Source: Nitrospirota bacterium
Lineage (GTDB): Bacteria; Nitrospirota; 9FT-COMBO-42-15; HDB-SIOI813
Assembly (NCBI GenBank): GCA_020846775.1
Contig: JADLDG010000023.1
Location: forward strand, 139,298-203,297
Direction: 5' to 3'
DNA: 64,000 nt
Shown: one piece after another, positions 20,891 through 30,275 of the stretch
Layout of the letters: each line of letters starts with the position of its first letter
How positions within the stretch are numbered: the stretch's first letter is position 1
The notes under the pieces: model-generated
What the model was told of the DNA's origin: nothing
Seen by the model: the letters and a program-made list of their open reading frames with translations, nothing else
Databases searched by the model: none
Program-made: the position numbers and the translations under genes

Positions 20891-21760
20891 TTATAATGGA
20901 ACTCCCTTACGTTCGTCTATAATATTCTTTATTTTCTCAAGTAACGACTGAAATTCTCTGTCTTCAATCAAGAAGCACATATTTAATTTAACCTGACATG
21001 GGATGTTTTCAGTCTGATTCCATTTCAAAATATTTTCTCTGAGTCTATGGACAAATGCCTGCCCCTTAGCCTCATCAACACCATAAAGAAGTATTACATA
21101 CTCATCATTTCCGTAACGACTTGCTATATCTACCTCCCTTACGGTCATCTTAATTACCTTCCCAATCCCCCTTAGTATATCGTCGCCAATCCTGTGACCG
21201 TACCTGATGTTTAATTCTCTAAGCCCTTCAACATCAAGCATAAGGAGCGCAATGGTGCCTCCATGTCTCTGAAGCCTTCTTGCCTCAATATTATACAGGT
21301 CTTCAAAATACTGCCTGTGATAAAGTTGAGTAAGGGGGTCAAGCCGCTCCAGAGACAATAACCGCTCTTCAAGTAGCTGACTGTCTATCTCATTTTTTAT
21401 AAGGATGGCTGCATATGATTCCTCATTATAACCCACATGTACAGCCAGACCCGGCAGTATAAAAGGCTGTCCGGATCGGTCCGAAATCTTTATATCGAGC
21501 ATATCAATACTCTTATGAGAATCAACAACACCCACTTTTGGGCACGCACCATCGCAGAGCTGCGATCCGTCCTTGTCATAACAAATAAATAATTCAGTGC
21601 ATAGATGCATTGACACTACTTCAGACTTACGCCATCCGGAAACAGCTTCAGCCACCTGATTCATGTCAACAATCTTCCATTCTTTATCAAGGATAAATAT
21701 GCAGTCAGATGAGTGAGCAAAAATATTTGCAAGTACTGCTTTGTTTATATCAAAACTCAT
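20891..21760 (-). CDS. PAS-GGDEF protein with a degenerate A-site (GNDEY) and an intact RxxD I-site
   Basis: N-terminal PAS-like region with a Cys cluster (CTELFICYDKDGSQLCDGACP). The C-terminal GGDEF fold has RYGNDEYVILL in place of RYGGEEF, and REVD lies five residues upstream, as an I-site would. Confidence 0.8.
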   Translation of the reverse strand: MSFDINKAVLANIFAHSSDCIFILDKEWKIVDMNQVAEAVSGWRKSEVVSMHLCTELFICYDKDGSQLCDGACPKVGVVDSHKSIDMLDIKISDRSGQPFILPGLAVHVGYNEESYAAILIKNEIDSQLLEERLLSLERLDPLTQLYHRQYFEDLYNIEARRLQRHGGTIALLMLDVEGLRELNIRYGHRIGDDILRGIGKVIKMTVREVDIASRYGNDEYVILLYGVDEAKGQAFVHRLRENILKWNQTENIPCQVKLNMCFLIEDREFQSLLEKIKNIIDERKGVPL

Positions 21761-23097
21761 GAAAACAGCCTTCTGGCCTGGTTCAGCATTGACAATTTAC
21801 CCTTTGCCCCTGAAAGACCTTTCATCATTTTTCTGGCCTCGACAAATTGCTTTAGCAGTCTGTTTATCTCCTCTACTTTCGTACCACTACCTTTCGCAAT
21901 CCTCTTGCGCCTGCTCCCATTAATGATAGTATGATCTACCCTCTCCCGCATTGTCATGGAATTTATTATGGCCTCTACCCTCTTGAGACTGTCATCCGGA
22001 ATCTCACCTCCGGCAGCCTGAAGCATTTTTTTGCCTCCTGGAATCATCTGAATAAGGTCTGTAAGAGAGCCTAACTTTCTTAATTGCCTCATCTGAGCCC
22101 TGAAATCTTCAAGGGTAAAACCATCACCCTTCAACTTATTCTTTAAGTTTGATACCTCCTCAAGTGAGTATGCACTTTGGGCCTTTTCTATAAGAGAGAG
22201 CACATCACCCATCCCCAGTATCCTGGAAGCTATCCTATCCGGCTGAAACGGTTCGAGCTGATCAAGCTTTTCACCCATACCTATCAGCCTGACAGGTTTA
22301 CCTGTAACATGCCTGATTGATAAGACCGCGCCCCCCCTTGCGTCACCATCCATCTTTGTTAATATTATACCGGTTATGTTGAGAGACTTGTCGAAATGTG
22401 TAGCTATATTGACTGCGTCCTGACCAGTCATTGCATCAACAACAAGAAGCAATTCCAACGGTCTGACACTTTCCTTTATCATTACGAGCTCTTCCATCAA
22501 CTCGTCATCAATATGCAGACGGCCTGCAGTATCCAGTATTACTACGTCATGACCATACATCTTTGCATGCTCAACCCCATCACGGCACACAGCTAAAGCA
22601 TCTTTTCCACCTTCAGGTGTATACACCTGCACTTTAAGGCCCTCACCCAATACGCACAACTGCTTGACAGCTGCCGGCCTTCTTATATCCGCCGCTACCA
22701 AAAGCACCTTTCGGCCCTTCTTTTTAAACATCGAGGCAAGCTTGCCTGCGGTAGTGGTCTTACCGGAGCCCTGCAGCCCTGATAACATAATAACCGTTGG
22801 AGGGTTAGGTGCGAGGTGAATACCGTCGCTGGGCTCCCCCATAATTGAGCAAAGCTCCTCGTAAACAATCTTTACCACTTGCTGACCAGGGGTCAGGCTC
22901 TCCATAACATCATGGCCCATCGCCCTCTCTTTAATACGGTCAACAAATTCCTTTACTACCTTAAAGTTTACATCCGCTTCAAGGAGGGCTAACCTTACCT
23001 CTCTGAGCCCTTCCGAAATATCCTGCTCAGTTAAAACTCCTTTACCCTTAAACTTCTTCAGTATAGCGTCTAACTTAGTTGTAAGATTATCAAACAT
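21757..23097 (-). CDS. ffh: Signal recognition particle protein Ffh
   Basis: 446 aa; NG domain GxxGxGKTT motifs (GLQGSGKTT) and a C-terminal Met-rich M domain. Confidence 0.95.
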   Translation of the reverse strand: MFDNLTTKLDAILKKFKGKGVLTEQDISEGLREVRLALLEADVNFKVVKEFVDRIKERAMGHDVMESLTPGQQVVKIVYEELCSIMGEPSDGIHLAPNPPTVIMLSGLQGSGKTTTAGKLASMFKKKGRKVLLVAADIRRPAAVKQLCVLGEGLKVQVYTPEGGKDALAVCRDGVEHAKMYGHDVVILDTAGRLHIDDELMEELVMIKESVRPLELLLVVDAMTGQDAVNIATHFDKSLNITGIILTKMDGDARGGAVLSIRHVTGKPVRLIGMGEKLDQLEPFQPDRIASRILGMGDVLSLIEKAQSAYSLEEVSNLKNKLKGDGFTLEDFRAQMRQLRKLGSLTDLIQMIPGGKKMLQAAGGEIPDDSLKRVEAIINSMTMRERVDHTIINGSRRKRIAKGSGTKVEEINRLLKQFVEARKMMKGLSGAKGKLSMLNQARRLFS

Positions 23098-23135
23098 ACT
23101 ACCCCATTATAAATTTATATATATTAAACTTAATG

Positions 23136-23164
23136 ATTTTAAAAAACTTTTAGTTAATTGTCAA
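23136..23164 (-). promoter_or_regulatory. Candidate sigma70 promoter for ffh (TTGACA, 17 nt spacer, TAAAAT)
   Basis: On the minus strand a TTGACA (complement of 23159-23164) and a TAAAAT (complement of 23136-23141) are separated by 17 nt, about 40 nt upstream of the ffh ATG. Confidence 0.4.
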
Positions 23165-23237
23165 GAACCAAACCACCATAGGCCGGTCCTGTTTCCGAGA
23201 AACTGCCAGGAGGGAAACACCGGGGGTATAAGGATAT

Positions 23238-23266
23238 GCCTCCTGAAAAAGATTGTCTCAGGAGGC
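23238..23266 (-). terminator. Hairpin with a 9-bp perfect stem (GCCTCCTGA ... TCAGGAGGC) downstream of the Met-rich ORF
   Basis: A perfect inverted repeat with an 11-nt loop lies 38 nt after the stop codon. The trailing U-tract is weak, so terminator function is uncertain. Confidence 0.35.
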
Positions 23267-23303
23267 ACTAATGACAATTTCTTCGAGTTATGCAAACTAT
23301 AAC

Positions 23304-23609
23304 TTACTTCATCTGTTTCATGCCCTTTCCATCGTCCATGCCCTTCATCATCTCATCCAGCTTATCCATCATCTCGCCCAGCCTCTTTTTTTGAACAGCT
23401 GAAGGATTGTGTGAAAAGTCCTTCAGCATTCCCATCATCTCCTTCATCATGCCCATCATGTCATGCATCATTTGGTGCGACTCGGTCACTTCTCCGCTCA
23501 TCATCTCATGCTGCATCATCCCGCCCATTTCATTGGCAAAGGCAGGGGCAGTCAAAAGAAGAGACAGCAACACTGCGACAACTATCCTGGTTGATGTCAT
23601 CTCAATCAC
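23304..23609 (-). CDS. Secreted Met/His-rich mini-protein (SilE/PcoE-like putative Cu(I)/Ag(I) binder)
   Basis: 101 aa with a signal peptide ending AFA. The mature part is about 30% Met, with repeated HxMM/MMxMM motifs, and a strong RBS (GGAGGTGA) precedes the start. Confidence 0.6.
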   Translation of the reverse strand: MIEMTSTRIVVAVLLSLLLTAPAFANEMGGMMQHEMMSGEVTESHQMMHDMMGMMKEMMGMLKDFSHNPSAVQKKRLGEMMDKLDEMMKGMDDGKGMKQMK

Positions 23610-23762
23610 CTCCTTTCCTTTTATGACTTGCGTTATAGGTCTGCATCTCAGGGTGACAAGAGTCAGAAGTGATGTACATGCAGTGAGGGCGCATTAAAAT
23701 CTGACCCTCAGTAACAGCAATATGTATTATACTAAAAGATTACTGCAATGGAAAGCAAAGGG

Positions 23763-25376
23763 CTAACCACCGTTTTCTTCCAGCGTCGGATAGGCAATAT
23801 TGGTAATATGTGAATTAATTCTTATGAGATTGCTCAATACATCCAGGTGTATAGCACTCGTATCTATGGACTCCTGAAGCCCCATGTGGAGCCTGTTGAT
23901 ATGGGCCTGCCTCAAATCCCTTTCAATCTCGCCCATCCTTGCATTGTGACGTACCACCTTATGTGCGAGGTCTTTATCCCTGCTCATAAAGGAAGAAATT
24001 GCTATGTCGAGATTCTCAACTACCTTCTTGTGAAATTCTGTTATCTCATTCATCCCCTCCTCTGAGAATGAGACACCGTGGTTAATCTTCTTCTTCGCAA
24101 GCTCCATAAGGTTCTTGTCAATAATATCACCAATATTCTCCATATTACCGGTTATCGCTATTAACCCGAATTCCCTTTTAGACTGAGACGGCGAGAGTGA
24201 AGACTGGGCAAGCTTTGTGAGATAAAGCCTTATCTCCCTGTCAAGCATATCAACTTCATCGTCCCTCTGCTCAATCCTGCTCAGGAGGTCTCTGTCATTA
24301 GTCCTGAAGACCGTTATGCTCTCATTAAGCATCCACTGGACTATCTCAGCCATCCTGAGTGCCTCACGCGCAGCCTGTCCCAGTGCAAGAGCCGGGGTGC
24401 TTAATACATGCGGATCCAGATATTTGGGCGCAAATCTATCATCTTTACGTTCAGGTATGATTTTTCGTATGAGATTTGCAATCGGATCCGTAAGCGGGAT
24501 AAATATCACTCCTATTGCAATATTAAACAGGGTATGGGCATTGGCTATTTGTCTTGGTATGTCTGAGGCAGAATACTCTATGAGCTCTTTAAAATAACCG
24601 GTAAAAGGAAAGAATATAACAACACCAAGTATCTTGAATAATGTATGGGCGGCAGCGACCTGCCGCGCCTCAACGTTAGCGCCAATGCTTGAAATAACAG
24701 CAGCTGCGCAAGTACCTATATTTGCGCCAAATATTATGGGGATGGCCACATCAAGCGTCATCAGATTCTGAAGTGACAACGCAAGCGTCATTCCAATTAC
24801 CGCCGCACTGCTCTGGACAATTGCTGTGAGGACAGCGGCAATCAATATCCCTGTAATGGGATTCTCCCCAACAGACAGCAGCACAGCCTTAAAAATAACG
24901 CTCTCTTTCAGCGGCATCATGCTGTCTGACATAATCTTTATAGAGAAGAATATGAATGAAAAACCGAGTATCCCTTCGCCAATATCCCGGATTACAGCCC
25001 TTTTCCCAAGAAACATTATTGCAACGCCGAAGGCTATGAAGAGAATGGCGATGTCATATACCCTGAAAGAGAGTATCTGAACAGTAAAGGTTGTCCCTAT
25101 ATCCGCGCCTAAGATAACACCCATGGTCTGGTTAAGACTCATAAGACCTGCGCTGACAAAGCCTACTAACATGACTGTAGTAGCGCTGCTGCTCTGGAGG
25201 ATAGCAGTAACGACTGCACCCACACCTATTCCCATGAATCTATTTTTAGTAAGTGACGTGAGTATGGCACGAAGGCGGCCGCCTGCTGCCTTCTGAAGTC
25301 CGTCGCCGGCAAGCCTTATTCCATATAACAGTATCGCTATGCCGCCAAGAAATGATATAGCAGGAAAAAATAACAT
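23763..25376 (-). CDS. Na+/phosphate cotransporter (NptA family) with a C-terminal PhoU-like domain
   Basis: 537 aa; duplicated Na/Pi cotransporter repeats (QSSSATT...) and a helical PhoU-like tail. Confidence 0.85.
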   Translation of the reverse strand: MLFFPAISFLGGIAILLYGIRLAGDGLQKAAGGRLRAILTSLTKNRFMGIGVGAVVTAILQSSSATTVMLVGFVSAGLMSLNQTMGVILGADIGTTFTVQILSFRVYDIAILFIAFGVAIMFLGKRAVIRDIGEGILGFSFIFFSIKIMSDSMMPLKESVIFKAVLLSVGENPITGILIAAVLTAIVQSSAAVIGMTLALSLQNLMTLDVAIPIIFGANIGTCAAAVISSIGANVEARQVAAAHTLFKILGVVIFFPFTGYFKELIEYSASDIPRQIANAHTLFNIAIGVIFIPLTDPIANLIRKIIPERKDDRFAPKYLDPHVLSTPALALGQAAREALRMAEIVQWMLNESITVFRTNDRDLLSRIEQRDDEVDMLDREIRLYLTKLAQSSLSPSQSKREFGLIAITGNMENIGDIIDKNLMELAKKKINHGVSFSEEGMNEITEFHKKVVENLDIAISSFMSRDKDLAHKVVRHNARMGEIERDLRQAHINRLHMGLQESIDTSAIHLDVLSNLIRINSHITNIAYPTLEENGG

Positions 25377-25382
25377 TGATTA

Positions 25383-28076
25383 TCATTTTAACACTAATTC
25401 AACCTTGCTGAGACCGTCAGGTATATCTCTAACAGTAAAACCAAGCTCTCTGCAAATCCTGAGCATCTGCTTATTATCAGTCAACACTGTACCATAAACC
25501 TTTTCCAAACCTTTTTCATGTGCTATTCCAATGAGCATGTCAACAAGCTTATAACCAAGGCCCCTTCTTTGAAAATCATCGTGGACCAATACCGCAAACT
25601 CACCTTTCCTGAAGTCTGTATCTATAATAATCCTTCCAATTCCTATCAGCCGTTTCCTGCCTGCATCTTTTATCTCTGCGACTATAGCCATCTCACGATC
25701 ATAATCAATATTGCAGTACCTGGTCAGCATTTGATGTGATATTTTTCTGACGGCCTGAAAGAACCTGCCAACAAGGGCCTGTTCAGAGAGCGTTGACACC
25801 ATTTCGCTTTCCATTGGTTCATCTTCAGGACGTATAGGCCTCAGCAGGATTTCCGTTCCATCCATCAATTTCCAGGGCATTACATATCTTGTCGGGTATG
25901 GAGTTATAACAAGATGGTGATAAGGCGAAGGGGATTCCAGGGCATCTTTATCAATTACTGTCCTCGCATCAAGGGCCAATATTGTCTGTCCTGAAATAGC
26001 AAGCGGGTTGATATCCATCTCTGCTATCTCTGGAAAATCCACAATCAGATTTGAGAAGGCAACTATAATCTGCTCTAATTGCCTTATATCTGCCGGAGGC
26101 CTGCCCCGGTACCCCTGGATCATTCTATAGACCTCTGTCTCCTCCATAAGCCTTCTTGCAAGGGTCTGATTGAGCGGCGGCAGTGCAACAGAGAAATCAC
26201 GAAATATTTCTACCCCTACCCCTCCCATTCCAAAGAGGATTACTGTCCCGAACTCCCTGTCCTTTTTTGCGCCAAGTATAAGTTCATAGTCTATCCTCTC
26301 AAACATCTTCTGAACAGAGACACCGCTGATAACTGCCTCCGGCTGCCTTTCTTTTATACGCGCGATCAACCTGTCATACTCATCTCTTAATTGGTCATCA
26401 GAGTTTATCCCTGTTACGACCCCACCTACATCTGTCTTGTGAGTTATGTCAGGCGATACTATCTTTAACACTACCGGATAACCTATTTCCCTGGCAGAGG
26501 CAAGTGCATCGTCAATATTTGCCGTAAGGACAGACCTGCTGACAGGAATACCATAATCCTTCAGGAGTTTTTTTGATTCATCCTCATTAAGAAGTGTCCT
26601 GCCTTCCTGTACTGTCCTTCTTATCAATGCCTTCAAATGATGTTTGGGAGGCGCCTGGTCTACTGACAACTCAGCAGGAGTCTCGTACAATAGCTGCAAA
26701 TTCTTGCCATACTTGTACATATAGAGATATGTCTTGACCGCATGCTCAGGCGTCTCATAAGTAGGTATATTATTCTTGATGAACACAGCCCTGCCTTCTT
26801 TCGCCCTTTTACCACCCATCCATACCGTTACAATCGGCTTGTATGATTTTTTTGCGATCTCAACTATCCTGTTGGCAAGTTCGTCAGGTTTTGCCGCCCC
26901 CTGAGGTGTATATATAATCAATAAACCATTCACCTCATCGTCATTTAGACAGACATTAATGGCATTTACATATCTGTCAATATCAGCATCCCCCAGCACA
27001 TCAACCGGGTTGCCTCTGCTCCAGTGGGCCGGCATATGCGAGTCCAGCTCATTGATGCTTTCTTCCGAGAGTTTAGACAGCTCACCATGAGCCTCCATCA
27101 GGGCATCAGTTGCTATGACTCCAACACCTCCGGCATTAGTAACAATTGCCAATTTGGGACCTTTTGGGAGATATTTTGAGTGGAGTACCTCTGCTACATT
27201 AAACATGTCAGCTATTTCTTCAATCCTGATAACACCCGCCCTCTTAAAGGCAGCATCATAAACATGGTAATCACCGGCCATAGCGCCTGTGTGTGAAACC
27301 GCTGCCCGGGCACTTTCTGCGAACTTACCGGGCTTAATAACAATAATAGGCTTACTGCGGGCAAACCCCCTCGCTGCACTCATGAACTTCTTGGCATTTC
27401 CGATGCCTTCGATATAGAGCATAATGCTTTTCGTATTCGGATCATCACCAACAAAATCAATTATATCCCCGAAATCTACATCAATCATGGAACCAAGGGA
27501 GGCGAACATGCTGAAACCAACGTTGGATTCTATGGCCCAGTCAAGGATAGCGCTCCCAAGTGCACCGCTCTGCGATATAAAGGCGATCTTACCAGGTTTT
27601 GGATTGACCTTCAGAAAGGAGGCATTAAGACTGATGTGCGGCCGAATAACTCCAAGACAGTTTGGTCCGACAATCCTCATACCATATTTGTGCTTGATCT
27701 TTCTTATTTCATCTTCCAATCCCCTGCCTTCTTCTCCTGCCTCTCTGAAGCCGGCTGAAATTATAATTACACCTTCAATCCCCGCCTGCCCGCACTCCTC
27801 AACTATCGCAGGGACAGTCATTGCCGGGGTAACAATAACTGCAAGATCAACAGTAACAGGGATGTCTGTAACGGATGGGAAGCATTCCATCCCCATGACT
27901 TCTTTTCTCTTAGGGTTTACAGGGAAGACCTTCCTATCAGGAAATCTGACCAAATTCTCCAGTACTGTTCTGCCTACAGAACCCGCCCGCTCCGTGGCGC
28001 CGATAACTGCAACTGTGTTGGGTGAAAATAATTTTTTCACTTGAAAATACCGCCTCTCTGTCGATCCGAACCACAT
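25383..28076 (-). CDS. Pat/PatZ-like protein lysine acetyltransferase (NDP-forming acyl-CoA synthetase-like domains fused to a C-terminal GNAT)
   Basis: 897 aa with a CoA-binding domain, a succinyl-CoA synthetase-like flavodoxin domain, an ATP-grasp domain, and a C-terminal GNAT (RRGLGYKLVDMLI motif A). Confidence 0.85.
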   Translation of the reverse strand: MWFGSTERRYFQVKKLFSPNTVAVIGATERAGSVGRTVLENLVRFPDRKVFPVNPKRKEVMGMECFPSVTDIPVTVDLAVIVTPAMTVPAIVEECGQAGIEGVIIISAGFREAGEEGRGLEDEIRKIKHKYGMRIVGPNCLGVIRPHISLNASFLKVNPKPGKIAFISQSGALGSAILDWAIESNVGFSMFASLGSMIDVDFGDIIDFVGDDPNTKSIMLYIEGIGNAKKFMSAARGFARSKPIIVIKPGKFAESARAAVSHTGAMAGDYHVYDAAFKRAGVIRIEEIADMFNVAEVLHSKYLPKGPKLAIVTNAGGVGVIATDALMEAHGELSKLSEESINELDSHMPAHWSRGNPVDVLGDADIDRYVNAINVCLNDDEVNGLLIIYTPQGAAKPDELANRIVEIAKKSYKPIVTVWMGGKRAKEGRAVFIKNNIPTYETPEHAVKTYLYMYKYGKNLQLLYETPAELSVDQAPPKHHLKALIRRTVQEGRTLLNEDESKKLLKDYGIPVSRSVLTANIDDALASAREIGYPVVLKIVSPDITHKTDVGGVVTGINSDDQLRDEYDRLIARIKERQPEAVISGVSVQKMFERIDYELILGAKKDREFGTVILFGMGGVGVEIFRDFSVALPPLNQTLARRLMEETEVYRMIQGYRGRPPADIRQLEQIIVAFSNLIVDFPEIAEMDINPLAISGQTILALDARTVIDKDALESPSPYHHLVITPYPTRYVMPWKLMDGTEILLRPIRPEDEPMESEMVSTLSEQALVGRFFQAVRKISHQMLTRYCNIDYDREMAIVAEIKDAGRKRLIGIGRIIIDTDFRKGEFAVLVHDDFQRRGLGYKLVDMLIGIAHEKGLEKVYGTVLTDNKQMLRICRELGFTVRDIPDGLSKVELVLK

Positions 28077-28315
28077 TCCTGACTCGTTTCAGGACAGGAT
28101 TCAGTATGACATAACATTAATCGGATCTTGACTTATTCTATGTTCTACTGAAATGGCTATCAAAGATGAGACTCTATGTTTTTATCGTCAGATTGACTTT
28201 AAACGATAATAAATCAATTCACCCCCAATTACAAGTCAATGGATGCCTTAGCATATCATTCAAATTCAACCTCTTCCAATTTCATAATTTAATTGATATT
28301 ATTGAATTGATCAGA

Positions 28316-29290
28316 ATGGTTATATATTTTGCAAAACGTCTTCTTGAGATGATTCCTACTATCATAGGGATAACGCTAATATCTTTTTTCATTATTCACC
28401 TTGCCCCGGGTAAGCCAACCGATATTCTTTCAGAATTAAATCCCAAGATAACACCTGAGGCCAGGGAGAAGCTCGAAAGGTATTACGGCCTTGATAAACC
28501 CATTATCGTTCAGTATGGAATCTGGGTAAAACGTTTGATTAAACTTGATTTTGGTGAATCATTCTCTACAGATAAGAGACCTGTATGGGACAAGATAAGA
28601 GAACGTCTGCCGATAACTATTCTGATTAATGTACTTTCTCTGATACTGGTTATACTCATTGCCATTCCCATAGGTGTATCATCTGCCACTCATCAGTATT
28701 CCCTCTATGATAAAATTACTACTGTTGTCGTCTTCGTAGGCTTTGCCATTCCTACATTCTGGCTGGCACTTCTTCTTATGATACTCTTTGGAGTCTATTT
28801 AGACTGGCTTCCCATATCAGGCATCAAATCAATGAATTATGATACGCTTTCATCTCTTGGTAAGATCCGTGACATGTCAAGCCACCTGGTTCTGCCGGTA
28901 TTGCTTGGGGCATTTGGAGGTCTTGCCGGTCTTTCCCGTTATATGAGAAGCAATATGCTGGAGGTCATAAGGGCTGATTATGTAACAACCGCACGTGCCA
29001 AGGGGCTTTCCGAGAGGGCGGTAATATATAAGCATGCGATGAGAAATGCACTTCTGCCGGTTATAACCATCCTCGGATTATCGGTTCCGGGACTTATCGG
29101 CGGCAGCGTAATATTTGAGACTATATTTGCCATCCCGGGCATGGGACAACTGTTTTACATGTCTGTCATGACAAGAGATTATCCCTTGATAATGGGGGTA
29201 TTAACTATAGGGGCAGTGTTAACCTTAATTGGCAATCTATTGGCAGATGCAGGTTACGCTATAGCTGATCCAAGAATCAGAAACAGGTAA
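28316..29290 (+). CDS. ABC transporter permease, OppB/DppB family
   Basis: The start was re-placed at [18 protein letters not shown], the typical OppB N-terminus. An EAA-like motif ([20 protein letters not shown]) is present. The ORF-track start at 28166 is probably too early. Confidence 0.85.
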   Translation: MVIYFAKRLLEMIPTIIGITLISFFIIHLAPGKPTDILSELNPKITPEAREKLERYYGLDKPIIVQYGIWVKRLIKLDFGESFSTDKRPVWDKIRERLPITILINVLSLILVILIAIPIGVSSATHQYSLYDKITTVVVFVGFAIPTFWLALLLMILFGVYLDWLPISGIKSMNYDTLSSLGKIRDMSSHLVLPVLLGAFGGLAGLSRYMRSNMLEVIRADYVTTARAKGLSERAVIYKHAMRNALLPVITILGLSVPGLIGGSVIFETIFAIPGMGQLFYMSVMTRDYPLIMGVLTIGAVLTLIGNLLADAGYAIADPRIRNR

Positions 29291-29342
29291 CTTATAAATG
29301 ATCTCGGAGTAGAATTGACATTTATTAGAAAATCTCCCCTAA

Positions 29343-29391
29343 CCCCTCTTTTCCAAAGAGGGGAATAATTCCTCCCTTTGATAAAGGGAGG
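29343..29391 (+). repeat. Two tandem hairpins with 9-bp stems (CCCCTCTTT-TCC-AAAGAGGGG and CCTCCCTTT-GAT-AAAGGGAGG) in the oppB-oppC spacer
   Basis: Both are perfect inverted repeats with 3-nt loops sharing the pattern CCYCYCTTT/AAAGRGRGG, separated by 7 nt. They sit in an unusual 151-bp intercistronic gap. Confidence 0.6.
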
Positions 29392-29441
29392 ATAGGAGGG
29401 ATTTTTCAATATGTGTCAACACAATAGGGAGTGGGGTTATC

Positions 29442-30269
29442 ATGACATTCTGGAAGCGCTTCAAACAGAACAAGCTCGCATTAATCGGCGGGATAGTAGT
29501 TGCATTTCTTTTTGCCATTGCCATATTTGCCCCGGCTATAACCCCCTATGATCCCAATGCAATCAATGTCCAGAACATTCTTGAGCCGCCAGGTTTTACC
29601 CATCCCTTCGGGACAGATGACCTCGGCCGTGATATCCTGAGCCGTATTATCTGGGGTTCACGAATCTCTCTTTCTGTCGGTTTTGTAGCAGTCGGAATAT
29701 CAACTTTTATTGGGGTCATACTCGGTGCAATAACAGGATACTATGGAGGCTGGGTGGACCGGGTAATCATGAGGTTTGTAGATATAATGCTGTCAATCCC
29801 GACTTTTTTCCTTCTCCTTGCAGTTATAGCATTTCTTGAACCAGGTATAAGCAATATTATGATTGTGATTGGGCTGACATCGTGGATGGGAGTAACCAGA
29901 CTGGTGCGGGCTGAGTTCCTTTCAGTTAAGGAACGGGAATTTACACTGTCGGCAAGGGCAATCGGGGCTGGGGACATGAGGATAATTTTCAGGCATATCC
30001 TCCCCAACTCAATGGCCCCTGTTCTTGTCTCTGCAGTACTGGGTGTTGCCGGCGCTATCCTTACGGAGTCTGCATTAAGCTTTCTCGGAATTGGCGTGCA
30101 ACCGCCTACATCCAGCTGGGGGAATATACTGACTATTGGCAAGGACAATATAGAGATTGCCTGGTGGTTGTCCGTATTTCCCGGTGTTGCTATACTGGTT
30201 ACAGTCCTCGCTTATAATCTTCTTGGCGAAGGCATTAGAGATGCTATAGACCCAAGGATGAAGGTTTGA
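29442..30269 (+). CDS. ABC transporter permease, OppC/DppC family
   Basis: 275 aa, six TM helices, EAA-like loop (LSARAIGAGDMRIIFRHILPN). Confidence 0.85.
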   Translation: MTFWKRFKQNKLALIGGIVVAFLFAIAIFAPAITPYDPNAINVQNILEPPGFTHPFGTDDLGRDILSRIIWGSRISLSVGFVAVGISTFIGVILGAITGYYGGWVDRVIMRFVDIMLSIPTFFLLLAVIAFLEPGISNIMIVIGLTSWMGVTRLVRAEFLSVKEREFTLSARAIGAGDMRIIFRHILPNSMAPVLVSAVLGVAGAILTESALSFLGIGVQPPTSSWGNILTIGKDNIEIAWWLSVFPGVAILVTVLAYNLLGEGIRDAIDPRMKV

Positions 30270-30275
30270 TGTACG

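Noticed and set aside
23160-23232. Possible SRP RNA (ffs) or other small RNA next to ffh
   Set aside because: The region forms only an imperfect hairpin. I could not find the conserved SRP RNA domain IV sequence (the GGAA tetraloop-containing AGGUCAGGUCCGGAAGGAAGCAGC-like motif). It is more likely the ffh promoter and leader.
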